Below, one piece after another: positions 25,987 through 38,189 of a stretch of DNA of 64,000 nt. The notes under the pieces were generated by a model. The model was not told where the DNA came from. It did not search any database and saw nothing but the letters and a program-made list of their open reading frames with translations. Numbering within the stretch: position 1 is the stretch's first letter; each line of letters opens with the position of its first letter. The stretch covers positions 139,849,522 to 139,913,521 of the forward strand of contig NC_092370.1 in the NCBI RefSeq assembly GCF_030028105.1, given 5' to 3'. A program made the position numbers and the translations under genes. Source of the stretch: Mobula birostris. Lineage: Eukaryota.

Positions 25987-28261
25987 ACATGCAAGAAGGG
26001 TTCGGGCAGTGTACATTAATAACCCAGTTATGGGTTTGTAAAAGCTCTGGCAGAAGCTGGACAAATGTTATGGCTCTCCAGAAGCAATTGAAGAATCTCT
26101 CTTCAGTAGACTTGATAATTTTCCAAACCTCTCACGCAAAGAACCACAGAAGTTATAGGAACTTGCAAATCTGTTGTCAGAACTGCAAGCATCAAAAGAT
26201 GAGGGCTACCTACTAGGACTGAGTTTCTTCAACACAGCAAGACCAATAGACTCTATAGTGAAGAAACTACTCAACAATATCCAAGTACAGTGGTTTCGGG
26301 TATAAAACAAAGCATCACGCCCACTATCCACATTTTCTTTATTTGTGGAATTCATCTTCCGCCATGCAGAACTGCAAAGTGGCCCTAGTTTTATGCTCTA
26401 AACTTCCAGCAGCAACTCACTCAAAGAGAAGCCTCCAGTAAATACACGAAAACCAAAATCTTTATCATGATCAGCAAAATTGAAATAGAAAATGCTAATC
26501 TGAAACTCAATAGACAATGCCCTGCCCATAAGAAACCTTAGTCGTTAAGGAAATGCAGATGGTGCAGAGGATTCAGAGAAAAAAAAAACCTTGCACACTG
26601 GAGATACATTTTAAAAGAGCACTCAATGTGTTTCAAATGTTGTGCACACCAAACAAAAGGCTGTAAAGCTATCAAAAACTGCACTGAGTGCAACAATGAC
26701 TAGCACATATCAGCACTTCAATCAGGGCCAGCATCTTTGGCTACTGGTTTCAGCACTCCCACAGCAGAGCTCGCTGGGGGGCCAGCTACATCCATCAGAT
26801 GTAGCAACATCCTCACGCACAGAGGTATGGGGGAAAGCTTCCAAGGCAAATCGTGCTCTAAAATATGTCTGGTCAGCAGCTACCTGAACGGATACCCTGA
26901 GCAAAAAATAAAGGCATATGTAATATCAGATGATCAGAGCAATGTGTCTTTGGTAAAATCAACTTTCTTTGACATATTCAGTTCAAAGTTCTCTTTCCCC
27001 ATATGCTCTAAAGACATATGTTGGAACATCAAATGTTGCCAGAAGAAGAGCCAATGGATCTGTCGTGGAGTCAACAGGAGGGGAGGTCTGCTTACCCTTG
27101 CCAACCCTCATTGAGTGCGACCATATTCCCAACAACAGGGTTGGAATCCCAACTCCTGAAGCTGCACACAGTCATTCACATCATAGGGCCATAGTTGACA
27201 AAGCTCCCCTACTTGACTCTTCTGCTGAGATTCTCCTGAGATTCACCATCCATGCACATAAGGTATGTGAACAGTGCAGTTGTCAGCACAACGCACCTTA
27301 TGGCCAATGATTGGACCTGGGCTGGGTAACTGTGGGTGAAGTCTGCCTTGATGGTGCTCATCAGCCCACTGTCAGCACATTTAAGACTAATGTCCTGGAG
27401 AACTGGAAGCCAAGTCATTTCGGACCCTGTGAGAGTAGAATCTGTATAAAAGAGTAGATTGTAGATAAACAAACCAAGCCCTTGATATGCTTACCTCTGC
27501 TCAACCAGATTTAGGCAAGCAAGTCTTCTGTCACTCAGAAGATGATTATAAGCGGGCACCTTACATCAAAGATGAGGACGTCCTTCGACTCATGAGTTTA
27601 GCAAAGATGAGACAAACAATTAGGTAGCTTCCGTTCCTTTCTGCTGTCCACAGCCACTCCAACCAAGAAACAGAGAGCCAGCCCTGAGTCAATTCTTCTC
27701 CCTCAGTTGAAGATTGAGAAGGAAACTAGAAACGAATGATAATTATGTGGAGTTCATAAAGAGACTCTCCAGGTATGAACAAGCTGAGCTACTGTACCTC
27801 CTCCACCAAATCCTAACAAAGCAAACTGGTATTTTTCCAACATAATGTGTACCATCCCAGGATGCCTGTAAAATTAAGAATGGTCTTTAATTCAAGTGCA
27901 GAGTTCAGAGGTATATCACTGAAAATGTGCTTCTGCGGGGTCCAGACCTCAATGATAGTCTGCTTGGGGTTGTGATGTGCTTCAGAAGTGAGTTTGTCAC
28001 AGTAATGGTAGATATTGAACAAATGTCCCACAGCTTCCGAGTGAGAGAGGATCATTCAAACTACCTCAGATACTTGTGGTTTTGTGACCACCAAATGGAC
28101 AACATTCTGCAGTACCACGTGAGAGTTCATGTATCTGGTAACTGTTCTTCGCCAGCTGTGGCAATCTATAGCCTTAAGAGGACAGCTACTGAGGGAGAGA
28201 TGAATTGGGGACTGCAACACAGAAAGACATTTCCATGTTGATGATGGTCTTCAACATTTCT

Positions 28262-28558
28262 CCTTCCTGATAGTAACAATGAGAAGAGGGCATGCACTGG
28301 ATGTTGGGGGTCCTTAATAATGGACGCTGCCATTCTGAGGCATCGCTCCTTGAAAATGTCTTGAGTACTAAGGAGGCTAGTACCCAAAATGGAGCTGACT
28401 AATTTTATGACTTTCTGTAGCTTCTTTCGGTCCTCTGCAGTACCACCCCCATATGAGACAGTGTTGCAGCCTGTCAGAATGCTCTCCATGGTGCATCTAT
28501 AGAAGTTTGAGTGTTTTGGTTGACAAACTAAATCTCTTTGAATTCCTAATAAAATATT
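28262..28558 (-). mobile_element. Rex1/Babar-like fragment nested in Bel/Pao RT
   Basis: ESILTGC...RKKLQKVIK...AASIIKDPQHP. Confidence 0.8.
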
Positions 28559-29679
28559 AGGAATGTTGAAATGCAGAGGTCATGCAACATCTCACATCTG
28601 AACTGCTGGCCAAAGACCTACAGAATCTTGATCTTGTGCAGGACCTCCGTCTGATACAGCATAGTCTGGGCCATGGATAGGAACTCATTACCAACACCCT
28701 TATGTTCTAGGTCTCTGATACTAAAAGACCCTTTATGTGTAGTGGAGTGCTATTGACCATTAACAGCCTGGTTGACCATTTTGGATTTGCTGCTCCAGTC
28801 AGTATCCAGGGATGCTTCATGTTAAGAGAGTTGACCTTGGACACTTGTGGGTAGGATGTCCCACTCCCTGAAGAGAAACATGAACAGTGGCCACAGTGGT
28901 GTTCTTCTCTTCAGGATCTTAAAGGCTTCAAATTACCAAGAACCCCCTCAAAATTCCACTATCTACAGCTTAAAAGAAAGATGTCTGGAACTTCTGTGAT
29001 GGATCAATGAAAGCTGCTGCTGCTGTTGCATAGCTGAAGGTCACAGTTGCTGCCGGGCATAGTTCAAGTTCAAGATCAAGCTGAAACAGCATTCATCCAG
29101 ACCACAGTGCATCCACAAAACATATAACACACACAGCACATGAACAAAAATATTACCATATATCAGTTAATAAAATATAATTCAAAATGCATTTAGCACA
29201 GAGGAACAGTAAACAGTGGAATATACAGTAAACAGCACTCTGACCTAGTGACAAGACTGGCTGCTGAGTGGTGTTGGAAATCATGCTCGTGTGTATGCAC
29301 GTTCCAGCCATTTAGTCTTTCATTGTGGTAGTATTTAACTCCTTTCCTCTGATATCAGTCTTCTTATGTTTTGACCAAAAACACAGCAATGTCAATGTTC
29401 TCTGCTCACCATTTTCCTTGTTCTGAGAAAGAAGACTATCATTTAGATTGTCACCTTTAGATTCTCCCTCTGCACTTGGGCCATAGCTGCATGTCCTTGT
29501 CTCTACCGTCTACGTTCTTACTCTTTAACTGGTCCCATTCACTCATGTAGCAGATAACCTTATTTACAGCTTATGCCCTCACTTTACCCTATTAGAGCCG
29601 TCCTATCTACCCTATCCACTGGCAACTTAACAAATTTCTTTTGTCTCCTTCCCAGTTCTGACTTCAACCTGCTCATTAA

Positions 29680-30120
29680 GGCAACTATCTAATCAGCCGA
29701 CCATGTAGCAGCAACTGAATCCATAAAAGCAGACACTCATGGTCAAGAGATTGAGTTGTTTTTCAGACCAAGCATCTGAATGAGGAAAAAATGTGATCTA
29801 CAATGGAATGATTGTTGGTGCCAGACGGGATGGTTTGAGTATCTCAGAAACTGCTGATATCATAGAATTTTCACGCACAACAGTCTCTAGACTGTATGGA
29901 GAATGGTGTGAAAAACAAAAAAAAACATTCAAGCGCAGCAGTTCTGTGGCAAAAACACCCTCTTAATAAGAGAGGTCAGGGAAGTGTGGCTAGACTGGTT
30001 CAAGCTAACAGTAACTCGAGTCACCATTTGTTACAAAGCGTGGCATGCAGAAGTTCATCTCCTGAATACACAGCAGGTCAAACCTTGAAGTGGATGGGCC
30101 ACAGCAGCAGAAGACCACAA
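29680..30120 (+). mobile_element. Tc1-like derivative
   Basis: GMIVGARRDGLSISETAD...FSRTTVSRLY, then KRGQGSVARLVQAN. Confidence 0.75.
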
Positions 30121-30732
30121 ACACCCTTTCATGGAAGGCCAGTGGGGAACTTAAGGAGGCAACTGCCTTCCCATCCCAGCTGGAAAATTAATTCATCTTT
30201 TTTTAACAGATTTCTGAGGGACAGTTAGCTAAGTGAGTGATTCTAAGCAACATCGTTTCAAACGCCTCATCCAATTGACACAAGGCTGTTTTCTGCTCTA
30301 TCCCCTCCATCCACTGATGATTTTAGTATGAAACAATACATTTCATTGAATGCCTCAATGTACATATGACAAATACAACTAATCTTAATATTAATCTAGT
30401 AAAGACTATACTCCTGCATACTGCAGGGCCATGCTGATCTCACTAAATTAGTCTAAAACACTTGCTGTGTGAAAGGAAATAAGCACTCAATGCCTCATGG
30501 GCCCTAATTTCCTGCCCATTCTTTTTCACAATTGCAGCAATCACATCTATCTCAAAGACTGAGGGTGGGGGGGAACGGTTGCTGAGTCAAAAGGCTGCTG
30601 ACATCATTCAGATGAATTGTCAGGGTAAATAGGAGTTCAGTCAGTTAAGGTGGGTGCTTGTAGAGGGTGCAATGGGATTTGAGAGCCCAAAGCAGATCTG
30701 GTAAGTACATAAACTAAAAGAGTAGCACACTC

Positions 30733-31030
30733 AATTGAATTGAATTGAATTGACTTTATCACATCTCCATTCAAATGTGTAATGTGCAATCATAGTAATT
30801 TATAATAAATATTATGTATAACATTATGTATAATATATTCAATATAACATAGAAATACAGTTGCATCAGCAAGAATTAAGCAGTCTGATGCCTGGTGGAA
30901 GAAACTGTCCCAGAGCCTGTTGGTCCTGGCTTTTATGCTGCGGTACCATTTCCCGGATGGTAGCAGCTGGAACAGTTTGTGGTTGTGGTGACTCAGGTCT
31001 CCAATGATCCTTCGGGCCCTTTTAACACAC
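30733..31030 (-). mobile_element. Rex1/Babar 3' end with (CAATT)n tail
   Basis: Reverse complement of 40140-40466. Confidence 0.85.
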
Positions 31031-31489
31031 TGTGACTAGTTCAAGTCGTGCAGATTAAAGTCTCTCCAACAATATAAAATCCTGCTTCTTCAGCCTAGGC
31101 AAAAATGATGAAGATCACTGTTTCATAACATGCCATGACCCATTCATAATGCAGATGGATACCTGACAGTTGGCAAGAGCAGGGAAGAGGATGGCAGTCA
31201 GCCCAAGGGCTGTTTATTTCCTGTAAGGCGCTATGATTCAACAGGGCAGATGCATGATGCTTATTCACTTTTTTCATTCCAACGCATCTCACACAGAAAC
31301 ACACTGTTACATGATCTCATTTCCAGGGAAGAGATTAATATTTCCAGATTTGCTGATTATAGAAAGGTGAGTTGTGAAATAGATGCAAGGTGTCTGCAGA
31401 AGAAACTGGACAGTGTTTGGTGAGTACGCAATGGAGGGAAAATGCTGAACAAAATGGGCACAAGTTGGACAGGAAGAATGCAGAAACTA

Positions 31490-32305
31490 AATAGAGTCAT
31501 TGAGAACTACATCCATTCAGCCTATCTAGTCCATGCAAACTATTACTCTGCATAATCACATCAACCTGCACCTGGATCATAGTCCTTCATGCCCCTCTCA
31601 TTACTGCAATTATCCAAATTTCTCTTAAGTGCTGAAATTGAACCCACATCCACCATGTTTGTTGGTAGCTCGTTCCACACTCTCTCCACCCTCTGAGTGA
31701 AGAAGCTCCCCCCTCATGGTCTCCCTCAACATTTCACCATTCACCCTTAACCCATGACACCTAATTCTAGTCTCATCCAAACTCACTGGAGAAAGCTTGC
31801 TTGTACTTACCCTATCTATACCACTATAATTTTGTATACCTCTATGAAATCTCCCCTCATTCTCCTACGCTCCAGCAAAAAAAAATCTTAACCTATTCAA
31901 CCTTTCTCTAGTCTACTGTCCAGCCTTGGTCAGACTGCACTTTGGTATATTGAAAGCAGGTGGGCCTCTTATCTAAGAGATGTGCTGTCTTTGGAGAATG
32001 TCCAGAGGTTCACAAGAATGATTCTGGGAATGAAAGAGTTAATGCATGAGGAGTATTTGATGGTTCTGGGCCTGCACTAATTGGAGCTTAAACGAATGAC
32101 AGGGGTTCTCAGTAAAACCTATCAAGTACTGAAAGGCCTAGATAGAGTGGATGTGGAGAGCATGTTTCCCATAGTGAGTAAGTCTAGGACCAGAGGACAC
32201 AGCCACAGAACTGAGGGATGTTTCTTTATAACAGAGATGAAGAGGAATTTCTTTAGCCAGGGGGTGATGAATCTGTGGAATTCATTGCCACAAACAACTG
32301 TGGAG
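31490..32305. mobile_element. Two CR1 3' fragments head to head (minus ~31490-31910, plus ~31920-32305)
   Basis: Both match the CR1 C-terminus and 3' UTR (FFSQGVMNLWNSLP). Confidence 0.75.
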
Positions 32306-32310
32306 AATAA

Positions 32311-32598
32311 CGAATTAACTCTTCTCGAGCTCCCACCCAGGTACCAGCATTGATTTTAACCAACATTTCCAAGGCAAACTCTGCCATCTTCATCAAGGAT
32401 GATGCCTAGAAATGTCTAGTCCGGTGGTATATATACCTCGCCCCCCCCCCCCCCCCATTGCCAGTACCTCCTGATTGGTTAGTCCTCATCCAATCCGGTT
32501 TCCACTATCCCACCTTTTTTACAATCAAATTCCAGTTCTTATTTACCGCAGGACCTATTGTGTCATTATTTTTACCAGTGACAACAATTCTTACATTA
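32311..32598 (-). mobile_element. Penelope family-2 terminal repeat with hammerhead remnant at 32358-32400
   Basis: Minus strand reads ATCC-TTGATGA-A-GATGGCA-GAGTT-TGCCTTG-GAAA-TGTT-GGTT. Confidence 0.7.
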
Positions 32599-32606
32599 CT
32601 CTAGAG

Positions 32607-32677
32607 CTGGGGTTCCCAACCTGGCATCTACGGTTAATGATAGGTGTTCATGGCTTTAAAAAGGTTGAGAACCCCTG
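32607..32677. mobile_element. hAT (Charlie/Buster-like) MITE, 71 bp
   Basis: TIRs CTGGGGTTCCCAACCT and AGGTTGAGAACCCCTG; 8-bp TSD CTCTAGAG (32599-32606) / CTCTGGAG (32678-32685). Confidence 0.85.
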
Positions 32678-33294
32678 CTCTGGAGTCTGCATATCAAATT
32701 GCTTAATTAGCTATGGAGACTTTTGGATGGCTGCTGTCGTGAATATGTCATATATGCCATAGAACTTGAAGTATTCCTTACATCTTTCTATTAGTACTTG
32801 TGCTGCTGCTTTTGGCTCCTCGTCTTCGTCTTCACTGAATGAAATAAATGATATGATATAAAATTTAGAACATAATAAAATCAGCATGTCTGTTACAATT
32901 ATAATTTAGATCAATAAAATTTCATTTTGCTTTTCATATACTTTAGAACCAAAAATAATGAATCTGCTACTGTTCAAAGAATTATTCTTTATTTAAGAAG
33001 TGAAATCAATCATATTCAGCTCGGCATTATTTTAATATTCTTTTCCTGAAGCAACACCCAAAAATGCATCCAGAATCATTTTTGTATTTACCAGTTTTCC
33101 ACAAAAAAAACCTTCATTCCAGGCCAGCTAATTTATTCTGAAAGCTGTATCTTAATATTTTAACCTTAGTGCAACAACTGTCCTTTTGTGGTTTTCGTTC
33201 AATCATTGATAATGAATGGCTATGAAGTTTTCAAAATTGTCTTATAATGAATTACATAACAATATCAGCAATTTTAGACAATAACATTTTATAC

Positions 33295-33952
33295 TTTATG
33301 CTTTATAATTTATTGTCGCCAAACAATTGATACTAGAGCGTACAGTCACCACAGCCATATTTGATTCTGTTCTTCGTGCTCCCTGGAGTACAAATCGATA
33401 GTAAATATTAAAAATTTAAATTATAAATCATAAATAGAAAATAGAAAAGGGAAAGTAAGGTAGTGCAAAAAAAACCGAGAGGCAGGTCCGGATATTTGGA
33501 GGGTATGGCCCAGATCTGGGTCAGGATCCGTTCAGCAGTCTTATCACAGTTGGAAAGAAGCTGTTCCCAAATCTGGCCGTACGAGTCTTCAAGCTCCTGA
33601 GCCTTCTCCTGGAGGGAAGAGGGATGAAAAGTGTGTTGGCTGGGTGGATCGTGTCCTTGATTATCCTGGCAGTACTGCTCCAACAGCGTGCGGTGTAAAG
33701 TGAGTCCAAGAATGGAAGATTGGTTTGTGTGATGTGCTGGGCTCTGTTCACGATCTTCTGCAGCTTCTTCCAGTCTTGGACAGGAACAACTTCCATACCA
33801 GGTTGTGATGCACCCCAGAAGAATGCTTTCTACAGTGCATCTATAAAAATTAGTGAGGGTTTTAGGGGACAGGCCAAATTTGATTAGCTTCCTCAGGAAG
33901 TAAAGGCGCTGGTGGATCTTCTTGGCAGTAGACTCTGCTTGGTTGGATCAAG
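33295..33952 (-). mobile_element. Rex1/Babar 3' fragment
   Basis: KKLQKIVNRAQHI...RTARFGNSFFPTVIRLLN. Confidence 0.85.
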
Positions 33953-34076
33953 TAGACATTTTATGAATACAACCAAAAACAAATGCAGTTTTTCCTTAAT
34001 TTCCAGTTTATACAGTTTATTCCAGAAATTCTTCAAAGCACTACTTTGAACTCAAACTGACAAGGAAGTTGAGAAG

Positions 34077-34535
34077 TACACTCTGTTGCCACTTTATTAA
34101 GTACACATGTACAGCTGCTCGTTAATGCAAATATCTAATCAGCCAATTATGAGGCAGCAACACAATGCATAAAAGCATGCAGACATGGTCAAGAGGTTCA
34201 GTTGATTTTCAGACCAAACATCAGGATGGGGAAGAAATGTAACCTAAGTGACTTTGACCATGGAATGGTGTTTGGTGCCAGACAGGGTGGTTTGAGTATC
34301 TCACTAACTGCTGATCTCCTGGGTTTTTCACGTGCTCTAGTGTTTACAGAGAATGGCATAAAAACATAAAACATCTAGTGAGCGGCAGTTCCGTGAGTAA
34401 AAATGGCTTGTTGCTGCGAGAAATCAGAGGAGAATGGCCACACAGGTTCAAGATGACAGGAAGGTGACAATAACTCAAATAAACATGCATTACAACAGTT
34501 GTGTGCATAAGAGCACCTCGGATCTAACACAATCA
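34077..34535 (+). mobile_element. Tc1-like derivative
   Basis: TA-CACTCTGTTGCCACTTTATTAAGTAC TIR; MGKKCNLSDFDHGMVFGARQGGLSIS. Confidence 0.8.
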
Positions 34536-35384
34536 AGGAACATGTGATGGCTACCTGTAAAGCAGCCTTCCCACATTGAACAAAATCATGCACAGACATT
34601 TTCCATTAGGGGAACAACCCCTGAGGAGAACATCATACTCAACATGAGTGATGCACTCAGGGAGCAGTTGTGCAATGATTTTACTCAGTGAGTTCTTATG
34701 ACCTGAAAAGCTCCAACTGACGTGATGAAAGCTGCAGCTAGGACAGTAAAATGGAATTATTTAGACATTTGAAAAGGAAACTGTTTGTAATGTTGTGGGA
34801 AAAGACAAAGGCTTTACTTTAATTTATGCCTATTTGGGAGATCTGGGGATTCTGGCAAATCCAGCACTTTTTTTGCACCTCTCTAAATACCATCCTGGAG
34901 GTCACAACTCAACAACTTCATGAACAGCTGACGTACTGATAAATGTACTCACTCTCATGGGTTTGTTGAGGAGGAAGTTGCATGGTTTAAACCCAGCAAC
35001 CTCAAAGAAACAGCATTTTACCTCCTGGTCAGGATAAGTGCAATTTGGAGGGTAGGCTGCCGGTGCTGATCTTTCCATGTACTTGTTGCTGTTGTCATTC
35101 CTGGAGGTAGAAGTTTCAGATTTGGTAGGTGCTGTAGTGGCCTAATTGAGTATGTGGTGGATAGGATACTAATAAAGCAGGAAGCTTGGCCTTAGATGAT
35201 GACGAACTTTTTGACTGTTGTTGAAGCTGCACCCAAACAGGCAAGTGGAAAGTATATCAGCTGGGCAACTCTTTCAAAAAGTCAACAGAGTCACAACTGG
35301 CTGAGAGGACTTTGCTTGTGTCCGACATTGCCGTAGTTTAGAAAATAGTTCTTGTGAATAGGTATCGCAGCAGAGCCCAGTCAA

Positions 35385-35462
35385 GGGCGGTGCCATGGCA
35401 CCATGAGTAGAGCCACTGCTTTATGGCTTCAAAAACTTGGCTTCAATCCTGTCTGATGCACA

Positions 35463-35508
<46 letters not shown>

Positions 35509-35990
35509 CACAGACAATTCTGGAGGAACTCAGCAGTTCAGGCAGTAAGTATGGAGAGGAATAAATAGTCAATGTTTCAGGCCAAGACCCGAAAGATTGA
35601 CTGCTTATTCCCAGCATTCGGTGCTGCCTGGCCTGCTGAAATCTTCCAGCATTTTGCGTGCATTACTCTGGACTCCCAGCATCTACAGAAATCTCTAGTG
35701 TTTCTGTCTTCAATCCTGACCATTGGTCTGTGTGAAGTGTGGACACTCTCACTGACAACATGGTTTCCTTCAGGTACCCCAGTTTCTTCCCACATCCTAA
35801 AAATTGGTCGGTGAATTGTCCATGGTAAGTTGCCTCTGGGGTGTGGATGAATGTTGCAACTGAGTTGGCGGGGGAGATAGGTAATGGTTCTGTAAGGAGA
35901 ATAAAGTGGGTTTGGTTTAGGGTTAGTTGGAAATGAGTGTTTGATGACTGATGCAAACTTGATGGTCCGAAGGACATGTTTCCATACTGT
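35385..35990 (+). mobile_element. V-SINE interrupted at its B-box by a fold-back Penelope insert
   Basis: Head ~35385-35451; V-domain resumes after 35718. Confidence 0.6.
35452..35707. mobile_element. Fold-back Penelope family-1 mini-element with 11-bp TSD and (CA)n expansion
   Basis: TSD CTTCAATCCTG at 35441-35451 and 35708-35718; inverted termini around 35575-35595; CA repeat 35459-35512. Confidence 0.75.
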
Positions 35991-36034
35991 ATTTCTCTTT
36001 GACTTTGTGGGGAGAACATACCCATTACCTCCTT

Positions 36035-36072
36035 CAGTCCTGATGAAGGGTCTCAGCCCAAAACATCGACTG
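36035..36072 (+). ncRNA. Minimal type I hammerhead motif in Penelope terminus (GAAA mutated to AAAA)
   Basis: CAGTC-CTGATGA-A-GGGT-CTCA-GCCC-AAAA-CATC-GACTG; stem I CAGTC/GACTG is perfect. Confidence 0.7.
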
Positions 36073-36812
36073 CTTATTTGTCTCCATTTTTGCTACCTGA
36101 TCTCCTGTGTTCCTCCAGCATTTTGTGCATTCCTTCCTCACTCTGTAGTCAAAATCAAATAAGGAGACCAACACCAATGCCATTAGGAGAATATAAGGAC
36201 AGGTTGGGAACAACGCAGACAGAGCTAACAATGAAGCTCTAGTCTGATGAAGCTGATTGAAAATATAGGTTAAAAACTAAAATCTTAATCCAGCAGGAGA
36301 CAACTAATCCCACATCTAGCAGGTCAGATCAAAGTTCAGCTGCCCTGTTGCATCATGTCAAGAATCACGGTGGAAAACTAAAGAGCTGAACAGAGGAGAA
36401 GGTTCGAGGGTCTGCCTCATTCTCAATGAAGGAGGCTCAACATATGAGTGCAAATGGCATGGCTGAAATATTTGCAGACATGTTCAGCCAGAAGTGTTAA
36501 GTGGACAATCCGTGCCAAATTCTTCCTGAAGTCCTTCCCCACAGAGAAGCCGGTTCATATCACTCCACTTGAAATATAGAAATAGCTGAGACAACTGGAC
36601 AGAACTTGAGCTGTAGGACCAAACTATATCCCAGCTGTAGTACTGAATTCTTGGACTGCCCCTCTAGCCAAGCTGTTCCAGTACAATTCAACGTTAACCT
36701 CTACCCAGCATGCTTAATCAACAAAAAAAGGGCAAATCTAAATCCACAAATTACCAACCGTTCTTCACTGAGACACCAGCAGTGTGAAAGTGTCATTGAT
36801 GGTATTATCAAG

Positions 36813-37216
36813 TGGCCTTCTCCAGCAATTGTCACCTTGTCGTGGTGCAAAGGCTTGTGACTTTCTGAGACCCCAAGAGCGAGCCGCCTGGAGCCTAGCT
36901 CCTTGTAGGGTCACCTGTTGTGGTAAGATCACCCATGGCGATAGGGTCAACCAAGACCTCTATGGTGGAGCTGAAAGCAAAGGACGACACATCACAATGA
37001 CAGTGAAGGTGAGGAAGGCTGCAGCACTGAAAGGTCCCCAGTCATCTGGCACTCCATGTTACTGGATCCTGACCCTGATCTGTCAAGAACCGTGTGGCGG
37101 CTGCCCGTGGATCAGCCTCACCACATTTAACAAAGTCATGCACGGATGTTCTCCATGAAGGAAATAATTCCATAGTCGACTTGAGTCATACTCGATTTGA
37201 GTGATCACACTACAAA
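36813..37216 (+). mobile_element. Non-autonomous RTE-like short element with 10-bp TSD
   Basis: TSD TATTATCAAG at 36803-36812 and 37217-37226; shares ACCTTGTyGTGGT and GTAGGGTCACC motifs with 5590-5927. Confidence 0.65.
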
Positions 37217-38189
37217 TATTATCAAGGAGCAAATGCCTACTTATAATCCGCTCACCCATGACCAGCCAGAGTTTTATAAAGGCTTGCTCCAGAATTATTT
37301 ATGGTCTTGGTCCAAACACAGACTAAAGAGCCCAATTCCAGAGGTGATGTGATATCAAGGTGTATATTTAAATTACATTTATTATCAAAGTAAGTATGCA
37401 GTATACAACCCTGAGATTATCTTCTCCACAGGCAGCCACAAAACAAAGAAAACCGTGGAACCTGTTCAAAGAAAAACATCAATACCACCCACAAGCAAAA
37501 AAAACACAAATCACTCAAACATCAACAGGCATATCAAGCCCCCACCCCCCATATACACAAAAAAATGCAACGGCAACATGAAAGAACAAGCAAAAACACA
37601 GAATATAAAACACAAAAGCCAAGAGTCCATATTCAATTCAGCTCAGTGTTCATTATCTACAGGCTGCTCTGGTTCAAAGTCCCAAAAATAGCAACCAAAA
37701 AAGGAGCAACCATAGACCAGAAAATACATCATGATGTCCAATCCACGAAGTACATTGATTAAACCTGGCTCCAGCACCATCCACTGACCCAACGTGGCAT
37801 TAAGGCACTTTGGTAAAACTGCAGAAAAAAGGCATCAAGGAGAAATCATTTCAATGGTGGGATCATACTTCACAAAGGAAGGCAGCATCAGTTTACCTAT
37901 GCAGCATCACACTTCACTGAACGAGTTCCTTGGGCCTATGTCCTAGAACCAGCCACTGTCAACTGCTGCTCTTCCTTCCACAACAATATCAGAAGCAGAG
38001 ACATTCACTATTGATGACACAGTGACTATTTTCATTCATAACTTGTCAGAAAATAAATATGTTTGTGTCTGCCTGCAGTTAGACAAACATGATCTGTTAA
38101 GTGGTAACTTTTTCTCCACACAACTTTTGCTGCACAAAGGTTCCAGTTAATAGCTCTCTCTAGCAAGGCATTATTCAAGAATAGAGCGT

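Larger units (their letters stand above)
22017..29065 (+). mobile_element. Bel/Pao LTR retrotransposon, decayed, 3' part missing, with nested insertions
   Basis: Gag ELELLCKWL...RRVRAVYINNP; protease-like KAYVISDDQSNVSL; RT LLRGPDLNDSLLGVVMCFR...DIEQM and HVDDGL (~28235); Pao RNase H-like region ~28560-29060. The LTR start (TGTTCTG at 22017) is tentative. Confidence 0.85.
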
